A stretch of DNA of 64,000 nucleotides from an uncultured Bifidobacteriaceae bacterium. Its GTDB lineage: Bacteria > Actinomycetota > Acidimicrobiia > IMCC26256 > PALSA-555. Under the pieces are notes generated by a model, which made no database searches, was not told where the DNA came from, and worked only from the letters and a program-made list of their open reading frames with translations. Position numbers and translations under genes: made by a program. Of this stretch, positions 8,936-16,911 are shown piece by piece. The DNA is taken from assembly GCA_964532485.1 (NCBI GenBank), contig CAZHKE010000004.1, positions 15,501 to 79,500 of the forward strand, written 5' to 3'. Within the stretch, counting starts at the first letter, position 1; each line of letters begins with the position of its first letter.

Positions 8936-9880
8936 TCACGGCGTCGCGGCGCTCTGGCCGTCGCGGGCGGGGAGGCCGAGGCGGGACCGCACCTCGGCGG
9001 CGGTCGCGGGCTCGAGGCCGTGCGCCGACACGAGGTCGGCGGCACGCCGCGTGAGCTCGCCGTTCGTCGCCTCCGGGAAGGCATCGGGGCAGTCGCCGAT
9101 GCCGACACGCAGCCCCTGGCCCCGGTCGAGCGCCGCCCGCCACAACGTCTCGCACACCCCGGCGTCGTAGATCGCGTACGGGACCACGACGCCCTCGTAG
9201 TCGACGTCGTCGGGAACCTGGGCGACGTACGCGTCGAGCCCCGCGACGGTCGGGAACGGCCCGCTGGCCCAGCGCTCGGAGAGGAACCACTTCATGAGCA
9301 GCGGTGGCTCGAGGATGCCGGCCCAGAGCGCGTGCACCGAGTAGCGCAGGTAGGTGACGTCGAAGATGCCGAGCGTGGGGTGCAAGCCCCGAGCGCGCGC
9401 CTGAGCGAGCACCCACTCGAGCTCGTCGGGCGCGTTGATCGCGACCTGGTGATCTGCGGGCAGGAGGTCGAGCGGGGCGAATGTGCGGCGGTCACGATCC
9501 CAGAGCGTGACGTTGCGTGAGCCGATGTCGAGCGGCGCCAGCTCGAGCGGGGCACTCGACGGAGCGTCCGCGAGCGACCACACGTGGCGGTAGCGCTCTT
9601 CGCGCCGCACCCGAGGCGGATAGGTCGGGTAGCACAACAGGTCGCACTCCGCCGCGATGAGCTGCATGGCGGCTCGATAGACACCGTCATCGAGCCACAC
9701 CTGCGCGCCGTCGGGGTCTCTCGCGTGGAAATGCACGATCGACGCGCCGGCATGCGCGGCCTCGACCGCGGCCGCCGCGACCTCGTCCGGCCCGTACGGC
9801 ACGTGCGGGTTCTGGCCCTTCGACGCCGTCTCGTTGAGTCCGACCTCGATGATCGCCCTGCCGCGCTCGGCGAGTCGCAC
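8936..9880 (-). CDS. Beta-keto acid cleavage enzyme (BKACE / DUF849, 3-keto-5-aminohexanoate cleavage enzyme family), paralog 1
   Basis: Only the C-terminal 314 codons of track ORF 8936..10783 are kept, from the in-frame GTG at 9880. Sequence: RAIIEVGLNETASKGQNPHVPYGPDEVAAAAVEAAHAGASIVHFHARDPDG. The upstream part of the track ORF is an out-of-frame read through livF. Confidence 0.85.
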   Translation of the reverse strand: MRLAERGRAIIEVGLNETASKGQNPHVPYGPDEVAAAAVEAAHAGASIVHFHARDPDGAQVWLDDGVYRAAMQLIAAECDLLCYPTYPPRVRREERYRHVWSLADAPSSAPLELAPLDIGSRNVTLWDRDRRTFAPLDLLPADHQVAINAPDELEWVLAQARARGLHPTLGIFDVTYLRYSVHALWAGILEPPLLMKWFLSERWASGPFPTVAGLDAYVAQVPDDVDYEGVVVPYAIYDAGVCETLWRAALDRGQGLRVGIGDCPDAFPEATNGELTRRAADLVSAHGLEPATAAEVRSRLGLPARDGQSAATP

Positions 9881-9888
9881 GGGTCGCG

Positions 9889-10590
9889 CTATCCGCCGTC
9901 GGCGACGGGACCGGCGAGGTACGTTCGCTCGATGTCGTCGAGCCGGGCGAGCAGGTCGGACGCCTGGCCCTCGAGCTCGACCTTGCCGCGGCGCAGCACG
10001 TAGGCGCGGTCGGCGAGCTTCAGCGCCTCGCGGGCATGCTGCTCCACGAGGAGCACGCCGACGCCACGATCGGCGGCCTGGCGCACCGCGCGCAGGAGTC
10101 GCTGGACGATGATCGGCGCGAGCCCGAGCGACAGCTCGTCGGCGAGCAGCACCTTCGGCTCCGCTGCGAGCGCGCGCGCGAGCGTCAGGATCTGTTGCTC
10201 GCCGCCCGACAGCTGGCCGACCTTGCGGTGCAGCAGCGGCTCGAGCTCGGGGAAGAGCGCGATCGCGCGGCCGGGATCGCCCTGGCCGAGCCGCAGGTTC
10301 GCGATCGTGGTGAGGCCCATGAAGACGGACCGCTCCTCGGTGACGATCGACAGTCCGAGCTTGGCCCGGCGATGCAGCGGTGCCCTCGTCGGGCGGCCGT
10401 TGAGGGAGACCGTGCCCTTGATCGGCTTGAGCGCCCCCGCCAGCGTGAGCAGCGTGGTGGTCTTGCCGGCTCCGTTCGGGCCCAGCAGCGCGACGATCTC
10501 GCCCGGCGCGACCGAGAGGTCGAGGCCGCGCACGGCAGGTACGCCGTCGTAGCCGGCGTCGAGACCTCTCGCCTCCACGAGCGTGGTCAT
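9889..10590 (-). CDS. livF: Branched-chain amino acid (HAAT family) ABC transporter ATP-binding protein, LivF-like
   Basis: 233 aa. Walker A GPNGAGKTTTLLTLAG, signature LSGGEQQILTLARAL, Walker B VLLADELSLGL. ATGA overlap with the upstream fusion gene. Confidence 0.9.
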   Translation of the reverse strand: MTTLVEARGLDAGYDGVPAVRGLDLSVAPGEIVALLGPNGAGKTTTLLTLAGALKPIKGTVSLNGRPTRAPLHRRAKLGLSIVTEERSVFMGLTTIANLRLGQGDPGRAIALFPELEPLLHRKVGQLSGGEQQILTLARALAAEPKVLLADELSLGLAPIIVQRLLRAVRQAADRGVGVLLVEQHAREALKLADRAYVLRRGKVELEGQASDLLARLDDIERTYLAGPVADGG

Positions 10591-13388
10591 GACCTCGGCC
10601 CGGGAGTCGTGGCGACGCTCGCACCGTCGCCGCCGGGAGGACGATCCTCGTCAACCGGTTCGCCGAGGTAGGCGGAGATGACCGCGGGGTCGTCGCGGAT
10701 CTCGTCGGGTGTGCCGACGGCGATCGTGCGGCCGAAGTCGAGCGCCATGATTCGGTCGCAGATCGACAGGACGAGGCCCACATCGTGCTCGACGAGCAGG
10801 ATCGCGATGCCCCAGTCGTCGGCGAGTCGTCGGATCAGCTCGCCGAGCTCGGCGGTCTCGTCGTCGTCGAGACCGGCGGCGGGCTCGTCGAGCAACAGCA
10901 CCGACGCGTGCGTAGCAACCGCGCGCGCGATCCCGACGAGGCGCCGGCGCCCGAACGAAAGCTCGCCCGGACGGCGGTCGAGCTCCGACTCGAGATCGAA
11001 CTCGTCGACCGCAGCGATGGCGCTGGGCGAGAGGAGAGGGTCGCCGGGCCGGACCAGGTCGGTGAGATAGGCGAGCGGGTCGCGCGGATCCGACGCGGTG
11101 CGCAGGTTGTCGCGCACCGACATGTCATCGAACAGCTCGAGTGACTGGAACGACCGGGTGAGGCCGAGCCGCGCACGACGACGAGCGTTCAGCTCGGTGA
11201 TCGGCTCGTCGTCGAGCAGCACGTGGCCGTACCGGTGGCGCACGAAGCCGGTCGCGGCGTCGATGAGCGTCGTCTTCCCCGCGCCGTTGGGCCCGATCAG
11301 GCCGACGACCTCGCCCGGGTGCACGATGATGCTGGCGTCCTGAAGGGCGACCACCCCTCCGAAGTTCACCGTGAGCTCGCGCACCTCGAACGTCTTCGGC
11401 GTGACGCGCTCGCGGTCCACCTTGGGAAGGGCGGCGGGTGCGTCCGGCGCCTCACGGCGGTCGAGGCGGAGCCGGCGCGCGGCTGCGCGCAGCTGGCGGG
11501 CGTTCTGGGACGCGAGACCGTTGGGGTCCTGGAGCAGGATCACGATCAGGCCGAACCCGCCCACGATCTGGAACAGGTTCGCGACATCCTCACCGAGCAC
11601 GTTCTCGAGGATCTTGGGGCCCAGCGTGCCGATCGCCAGCATCGACCCGAACAATGGGCCGATCACGAACCCGACGCCGCCGATGACCGCGTAGACGACC
11701 GCGTTGATCGACTGCTCGACGCCGTAGCTCTCGCTGTAGACGATGGTGGTCGTGGTGAACGCGAGCAGCACCCCGGCGAGCGCGGCGATCGCGGCGCCGA
11801 ACGCGAACCCGTAGAGCTTGGCCCCGAAGACGCTGATGCCGAGCGAGGCTGCGGCACGCTCGTTGGTCCGCACGGCGACCATGCGCCGGCCGGCGCGTCC
11901 CCGGCGCAGGTTCGCGACCAGCATCATCACCAGCGCGAGGAGGACGACGCAGACCGTCGCGTAGCGCTCGACGTGGTTCACGCGGTCGATCGGCCAGCCG
12001 AACAGCGTCGGCGGGTCGACGATCAGCCCGGCGTCGAGCCCGCCCTCGGTCGTGAGCTCGACGTTGCGAAGGATGAGGTACTCGATCGCGACCGCCATCC
12101 CCATCGTGGCGACCGCGAGGTTCACCCCGCGGGTTCGCAGCGCCGGCAGGGCGACGATCAAGCCGACCGGGATGGTGCAGAGCACCCCGAGCACCAGCGC
12201 GAGCTCGAACGACATGCCGAGCTCGTGCGCGGCCTGACCCGCGAACCAGGCGCCCATCCCGGCGAGCGCGAACTGGGCGATCGACAGCTGTCCGGTGTAC
12301 CCGGTGACGACGACGAGCGACAGGGCGACGAGCGCGACGACCACCGTCGTGATCAGCGCGTCGGTCCACGAGTCGTCGAAGACGACCCAGATGAGCCCGA
12401 GGGCCGCCGCCACCGTGGCCGCGACGGGCAACGGACGGATCCGCCCGGAGCCGAGCTCGGGGAGCTTGGCCGATGCTTCGCCGCGCACGGGCAAGGCGCG
12501 CCCGCGGGCGACCAGCGTCAGGACGATCACGAGGAACGGCACCGCCCGCGCGAGCCCGGTGGTGCGGATGACGGCGGGCAGAGCGTCGGGCTCACCCGCG
12601 AGGTAGCTCATCTCCGCGGACAGGACGCCGATCAGGAGCGCGCCGAAGAAGGTGAGCGGGAACGACGTGAAGTTGCCGATGAGAGCGGCCGCCAGCGCCG
12701 GGATCACGAGCAGCGACAGGTCGAGCACGAGCAGCCCCGGGCCACCGGCGATGGGCGCCAGGAGGATCGCGGCGAGGCCGGCGAGCAGACCGCCGAGGAA
12801 CCAGTTGACCGCGGCGACGATGTTGGGGGAGCGGCCGAGCGCGGCTGTGGCGCGCTCGTTCTCGGCGACTGCGGAGGTGGCGAGGCCGAACGTCGAGTAG
12901 CGGTAGACGACGGTGAGCACCACGGTGAGGGCGGCGGCGATCCCGAGCAGGAGGAACCGGTCGACGCCGATGCCGTTGCCCTGCTCGAACAGGCCGAACA
13001 CGTTCTCCGAGGTCTGGGGCAGGAGCGAGACCGCGAGCCGGAACTCGGAGCCGAAGAGCTCCAGCCCCACGCCGATGAGCCCCGCGAAGAGGCCGAGGGT
13101 GGCGATGATCTTGGCGAGCCCGGTGGCTTGGCGCAGGCCTCGCATCACGAGCTGCATCCCGAGACCGATCAACGCGGGGACACCGAGCCCGACGATCAGC
13201 GCGAGCTTGTAGTCGACGCCGTCCTGGTCCTTGAGCTGGTAGAAGAGCTCGGCGCCCATCATCCCCATGGCGCCGCTCGCGAAGTTCAGGACGCCCGAGC
13301 CGCGGTAGACGAGCACAATGCCCTGTGCCGCCATCGCGTAGATCGCGCCGGCTCCGAGGCCGATGAGCGCGAACTGGAGGACCTTCAT
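10587..13388 (-). CDS. Single-polypeptide fusion of LivH-like permease, LivM-like permease and LivG-like ABC ATPase
   Basis: 933 aa. N-terminus MKVLQFALIGLGAGAIYAMAAQGIVLVYRGSGVLNFASGA (LivH-like). The centre holds many TM segments including GYTGQLSIAQFALAGMGAWFAG (LivM-like). The C-terminus has FEVRELTVNFGGVVALQDASIIVHPGEVVGLIGPNGAGKTTLID, LSFGRRRLVGIARA and VLLLDEPAAGL. Confidence 0.9.
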   Translation of the reverse strand: MKVLQFALIGLGAGAIYAMAAQGIVLVYRGSGVLNFASGAMGMMGAELFYQLKDQDGVDYKLALIVGLGVPALIGLGMQLVMRGLRQATGLAKIIATLGLFAGLIGVGLELFGSEFRLAVSLLPQTSENVFGLFEQGNGIGVDRFLLLGIAAALTVVLTVVYRYSTFGLATSAVAENERATAALGRSPNIVAAVNWFLGGLLAGLAAILLAPIAGGPGLLVLDLSLLVIPALAAALIGNFTSFPLTFFGALLIGVLSAEMSYLAGEPDALPAVIRTTGLARAVPFLVIVLTLVARGRALPVRGEASAKLPELGSGRIRPLPVAATVAAALGLIWVVFDDSWTDALITTVVVALVALSLVVVTGYTGQLSIAQFALAGMGAWFAGQAAHELGMSFELALVLGVLCTIPVGLIVALPALRTRGVNLAVATMGMAVAIEYLILRNVELTTEGGLDAGLIVDPPTLFGWPIDRVNHVERYATVCVVLLALVMMLVANLRRGRAGRRMVAVRTNERAAASLGISVFGAKLYGFAFGAAIAALAGVLLAFTTTTIVYSESYGVEQSINAVVYAVIGGVGFVIGPLFGSMLAIGTLGPKILENVLGEDVANLFQIVGGFGLIVILLQDPNGLASQNARQLRAAARRLRLDRREAPDAPAALPKVDRERVTPKTFEVRELTVNFGGVVALQDASIIVHPGEVVGLIGPNGAGKTTLIDAATGFVRHRYGHVLLDDEPITELNARRRARLGLTRSFQSLELFDDMSVRDNLRTASDPRDPLAYLTDLVRPGDPLLSPSAIAAVDEFDLESELDRRPGELSFGRRRLVGIARAVATHASVLLLDEPAAGLDDDETAELGELIRRLADDWGIAILLVEHDVGLVLSICDRIMALDFGRTIAVGTPDEIRDDPAVISAYLGEPVDEDRPPGGDGASVATTPGPRS

Positions 13389-13433
13389 CGGCGTGATTCC
13401 CTCTGCACCTGCATCGTGCCGGGCCGAGCAGCG

Positions 13434-13463
13434 GCGCGGGCCGGTGGGGTGGCCGGCCCGCGC
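13434..13463 (-). terminator. Intercistronic GC-rich hairpin between the binding-protein gene and the permease fusion (attenuator / mRNA-stabilising stem-loop)
   Basis: A perfect 11-bp stem, GCGCGGGCCGG (13434..13444) paired with CCGGCCCGCGC (13453..13463), and an 8-nt loop. There is no U-tract. Confidence 0.6.
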
Positions 13464-13472
13464 GTCGTCTGC

Positions 13473-14684
13473 CTACGCCTCGAGGAAGTTGTGGGCCTTG
13501 CTCCCGATCGCCTGGATCTTCCCGTTCTTGACCTTCGCGTAGTACACGTCGGTGGTGAAGGCCCGGCTGAGCGCCGCGATCAGCCCTCCGGCGGCGGTGA
13601 TCTCGGGCGGCTGCTGGCTGAAGTTGACCGGCGGGCCGACCCTCGTGTCCCACACCTTGTCCTGGTTGAGCTGAGCCACGAGCGTGGCGGCGTCCGTCGC
13701 GGGCTGCCCCTCGAGCGCGTCCGCGACCAAGTGCACGCCGGCCCACGACTCGATCGACGGGTCGACCAGGCGAATGTCCTTGTCGTAGGCGTTGATCTCC
13801 TTGAGCATCGCCTTGACGCCGGCGTCGTTCTTCAGCGACGCGGGCTTGAAGTTCGTCGAGACGAGCAGACCCTCGGCGAGGTCACCGAGCGTGTCGACGT
13901 TCGAAGGGTTGACGGTGCTGCCGGGTGCGGCGATCTTCGCCTTGCCGCCCGACTGGCGGTACGCCACCAGCCACTTCGAGAACTCCGGGTCGGTGAGCGC
14001 GAGCGCGATTCCCTCCGGGTCGTTGTCGCTGGTCTGCTGGACGCTCGGCTGGAGGTCGGCTCCGCCGACGGGCACCGGGGTCTGGGACGCGTCGGGTGCG
14101 CCCCTCGACTCGAGCCCGTAGTTCGCGAAGTCGGCGGCGAGCTTGCCGACCCCGCCGGGGAGATCGAGGTACGCGACGTCCACCTTGTCGGCGCCCTGGT
14201 CGGCGAGGATCGCACCCATGCCGCCGGTGCCGCCGATCGCCGTCGCGCCGATCGGGAAGGAGAGCGGGTTCGTGAGCTCGTCGTTCGAGATCCCGTAGTC
14301 GGCGACGCTCGGGATGCCGGCTTCGGTGAGCGGCTCGAAGTAGTCGTCGGTCACGAACGCCCCGACGATGGCGACGACGCCCTCGTCGACGGCCTCGCGT
14401 GCGCACTCGAGCGGCTTGTTCGGGTCGATGCCGGTGTTGCAGACGATGATCTTCACCGGTTGCCCGTTGATCCCGTCCTTCTTGTTGAGAGCCGCGGCCG
14501 CGGCCTTCGCCGCGTCGGGGATGTCGTTGAAGTCGAGCCCTGAACCCTCGAAGCTCCCCATCACCATGAGCTTGACGGGATCGCCGCTGGGCTTGTGGTC
14601 GACCCGAGCCTGCGCGCCCGAGGCGCCGACTCCCACCAGACCGGCGACCAGAGCGCCGATCACCAGTACACGAGCGTGTCGCAC
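13473..14684 (-). CDS. ABC transporter substrate-binding protein (Leu/Ile/Val-binding, type I periplasmic binding fold)
   Basis: Track ORF 13473..15161 was trimmed to the in-frame GTG at 14684, which is preceded by a G-rich Shine-Dalgarno (GGGGGGAGG, 4 nt upstream). The signal/anchor-like N-terminus is VRHARVLVIGALVAGLVGVGASGAQA, followed by KLMVMGSFEGSGLDF...GINGQPVKIIVCNTG. Confidence 0.85.
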   Translation of the reverse strand: MRHARVLVIGALVAGLVGVGASGAQARVDHKPSGDPVKLMVMGSFEGSGLDFNDIPDAAKAAAAALNKKDGINGQPVKIIVCNTGIDPNKPLECAREAVDEGVVAIVGAFVTDDYFEPLTEAGIPSVADYGISNDELTNPLSFPIGATAIGGTGGMGAILADQGADKVDVAYLDLPGGVGKLAADFANYGLESRGAPDASQTPVPVGGADLQPSVQQTSDNDPEGIALALTDPEFSKWLVAYRQSGGKAKIAAPGSTVNPSNVDTLGDLAEGLLVSTNFKPASLKNDAGVKAMLKEINAYDKDIRLVDPSIESWAGVHLVADALEGQPATDAATLVAQLNQDKVWDTRVGPPVNFSQQPPEITAAGGLIAALSRAFTTDVYYAKVKNGKIQAIGSKAHNFLEA

Positions 14685-14757
14685 GGTGCCTCCCCCCCGG
14701 CGGTCGCCCGACCGGCATGCTGGCCGGCGCATCGCAACGACGAGCTTGCCTGCCGGA

Positions 14758-14801
14758 CGAATCAGTTGACGGATCTTACCGATGGGGAGATGGGGCGGCA
14801 A
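14758..14801 (-). promoter_or_regulatory. Putative promoter of the ABC importer operon (TTGCCG-17nt-TAAGAT), immediately followed by box site C (ATCCGTCAACTGATTCG)
   Basis: Read on the minus strand: -35 TTGCCG at 14801..14796, a 17-nt spacer, -10 TAAGAT at 14778..14773, and the box at 14774..14758. The GTG of the binding-protein gene is at 14684. Confidence 0.5.
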
Positions 14802-14805
14802 CGGC

Positions 14806-14831
14806 GCCCCGGCTCTTCGCCCCGGCTCTTC
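14806..14831. repeat. 13-bp tandem repeat GCCCCGGCTCTTC x2 (plus a partial third GCCCCGGC at 14838)
   Basis: Read directly from the sequence. It lies between the stop of the AveC-like gene (14866) and the putative importer promoter. Confidence 0.8.
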
Positions 14832-14865
14832 ACCGGCGCCCCGGCGCTCACCCCCTTCACGTCCG

Positions 14866-15942
14866 TCACCGGGGTGCCCCGCCTCCGGGCGGCACGGCCT
14901 GGGAGTGGGGGAGCGGGATCGGGATCTCGGGGCCGTTGCACGCGTACCTCGTTCCCGGCCCGCACATCTCGTTCTGGAGGTAGCTCGGGAACCCGGCCGG
15001 CTGCTTGTCGTTGTGGAGCACGAACGCCTGGAACGCGATGTTGTACGTGAGCATCGCGACATTCGCGAAGCCGATGATCGCGAGGACGCGCAGCGGGGTG
15101 CGCCACCGCACGGCTCGTACGCGGTCGACACCCCGCTCCACGACGGAACGACCCTTGTCATCCCGGAAGTACTTCAGCGCGCCCATCGCGGTCCACATCA
15201 TCGGCCAGAGCACGGCTTCGTAGATCGGGAACTGGTATCGCTGCCCGCCCCAGATCGAGAGGCCGTGGACGGTTCCCGAGTAGGCGTACAGCTCCGTGCG
15301 CACCCAGATCAGCTCCGCGAGCAGGTCGAGACCGACCATGACGACCCACGCGCTGGCGATCAACCCGACGTTGCCGAGCCCGGGCCAGCGACGCTTCGCG
15401 CGCCGCATCACCCAGAATGTGAGGAGGCTCGCGCCCGGACCGAGCCAGAAGTACAGCGAGCCCACGAACGCGATGGGCTCGGGCAGCAGTGTGCCGTTCG
15501 GCGACATCCAGCCCGGGATGTGCTCCGTCCAGGAGCCGACGTTGAGGAAGTGCGAGTTGTAGTAGAAGCCCGTCCGGACGTAGTTGATGATCGGGTCTTG
15601 CCAGTACACGGCCACCCACGCGATGACGAGCATCGCGTCGAAGCTCAGCCGTCGCTCCCGCAATGACTGGCGGACGACGATCGCGACGATGAGCACCGCA
15701 GCCGCGACCGAGAGGATCTGGAACCCGTTGAGCCAGATCTCGGTTGCCCCGGTCAGCGGGTCGACCCCGGGCAGCGTGCGTGTCGCGTCGCCGCTCGCGA
15801 TCCACGACGTGTAGATGTAGACCTGCAGCGCGACGAAGCCGGCGCCGATCACGGCCCACCACAGCACCGGTCGGGCCTTGCGTCCCTCGAGCGAGATCGC
15901 GCCCGGTGCCGCCGCCTGACGCGTCACGGTGTCGGTCGTCAT
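14866..15942 (-). CDS. Polytopic membrane protein, possibly AveC (spirocyclase)/DUF5135-like. The function call is tentative.
   Basis: Only the last 358 codons of track ORF 14866..17766 are kept, from ATG 15942. There are several hydrophobic segments (PVLWWAVIGAGFVALQVYIYTSW, ILSVAAAVLIVAIVV, MLVIAWVAVYWQDPIINY). The remaining 608 upstream codons are antisense to real plus-strand genes. Confidence 0.7.
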   Translation of the reverse strand: MTTDTVTRQAAAPGAISLEGRKARPVLWWAVIGAGFVALQVYIYTSWIASGDATRTLPGVDPLTGATEIWLNGFQILSVAAAVLIVAIVVRQSLRERRLSFDAMLVIAWVAVYWQDPIINYVRTGFYYNSHFLNVGSWTEHIPGWMSPNGTLLPEPIAFVGSLYFWLGPGASLLTFWVMRRAKRRWPGLGNVGLIASAWVVMVGLDLLAELIWVRTELYAYSGTVHGLSIWGGQRYQFPIYEAVLWPMMWTAMGALKYFRDDKGRSVVERGVDRVRAVRWRTPLRVLAIIGFANVAMLTYNIAFQAFVLHNDKQPAGFPSYLQNEMCGPGTRYACNGPEIPIPLPHSQAVPPGGGAPR

Positions 15943-15989
15943 CGGTGCCCCCCAGGATCGAGCGCGCTGCGTCCGGCGGCATGGTATGA

Positions 15990-16006
15990 CTTCGCTACCT
16001 GATTCG
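15990..16006 (+). promoter_or_regulatory. Recurrent box, site F (CTTCGCTACCTGATTCG), upstream of SDR 16096
   Basis: 12/17 identical to site C. Its 5' part, CTTCGCTACCTG, matches 11/12 of the direct-repeat unit at 40292..40303. Confidence 0.45.
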
Positions 16007-16095
16007 AAAGCGCGAGCGAAGGAACGGCTGCGAGTGGGGTGACGGGGCCCGCAGCGACCGACCCAAGGTGAGGAGCGGGACCGCTGGATCTCGGT

Positions 16096-16878
16096 GTGGC
16101 GGGAAGAGTGGTGCTCGTGACGGGCGCGAGCACGGGGATGGGACGGGCCACCGCCCTCGTCCTCGCGGACGAGGGCGCCCGCCTCGCGCTGGCGTCGCAG
16201 ACCGCGGCACGCCTCGAGCGGACCGCCGCCGAGTGCACCGACCGCGGCGCCGAGGTCGCCTGGTGGGCCGACGATCTCGCAGCTCCGAACGCGCCGCCTC
16301 GCGTCGTCGAGGCCGTGATCGAGCGCTTCGGACGCGTGGACGCGCTGGTGAACACCGTCGGCCCGCTCGTGCGGACGAGCGGCATCCTCGACCAAGACGA
16401 CGACTGCTGGCAGCGTCACTTCGACAGCGTGCTGATGTCGGCGGTCCGCTTCTGCCGCGAGGTCGTGCCGTTGATGCAGGCGAACGGGGGCGGAGCGATC
16501 GTGAACATCTCGGCGATGTCGGTCCGCCACTACCACCCGCAGCTCGCGTACTACTCGGCGCAAAAGGCGGCACTGGCCCACTTCACCAAGAACCTCGCAC
16601 GAGAGTTCGCGCACGACGGGATCCGAGCCAACGCGGTGATGCCGGGGATGATCGCGTCGGAGGGTGTGCAGGAACGCCGACGGATCGCGGCCCGCGAGCG
16701 CCAGATGACCGAGCAGGAATACTTCGTCGACGCGAACGCGCGCTATGGCGGCGTGACCTGGGCCGACCGGCTCGGGACGCCGGAGGAGATCGCCGACGTC
16801 GTCGCGTTCTTGATATCTGACCGGGCGACCTACGTGAATGGGGCGTGGGTGAACGTCGACGGCGGGTCGAGCTTCTAG
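16096..16878 (+). CDS. Short-chain dehydrogenase/reductase (SDR), paralog of 46727..47527
   Basis: 260 aa with a GTG start. Motifs: VVLVTGASTGMGRATAL, NISAMSVRHYHPQLAYYSAQKAAL (YxxxK), and a C-terminal NVDGGSSF. Confidence 0.9.
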   Translation: MAGRVVLVTGASTGMGRATALVLADEGARLALASQTAARLERTAAECTDRGAEVAWWADDLAAPNAPPRVVEAVIERFGRVDALVNTVGPLVRTSGILDQDDDCWQRHFDSVLMSAVRFCREVVPLMQANGGGAIVNISAMSVRHYHPQLAYYSAQKAALAHFTKNLAREFAHDGIRANAVMPGMIASEGVQERRRIAARERQMTEQEYFVDANARYGGVTWADRLGTPEEIADVVAFLISDRATYVNGAWVNVDGGSSF

Positions 16879-16911
16879 CCGAGTGCCGACGCAAACCGGA
16901 ACGGAGGCGAC

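Noticed and set aside
8936-10783. The 615-aa minus-strand ORF spanning BKACE and livF.
   Set aside because: The upstream 300 codons are an out-of-frame read through livF (Arg/Pro-rich). livF is clearly encoded in another frame (9889..10590). The ORF was trimmed to GTG 9880.
11223-14543. The longest plus-strand ORF in the track (1106 aa).
   Set aside because: It is entirely antisense to the LivHMG fusion and binding-protein genes. Its translation is low-complexity and D/R/G/E/H-rich (e.g. GDRGAEREPVELGPEDADAERG) with no recognisable motif. This is a typical high-GC shadow ORF.
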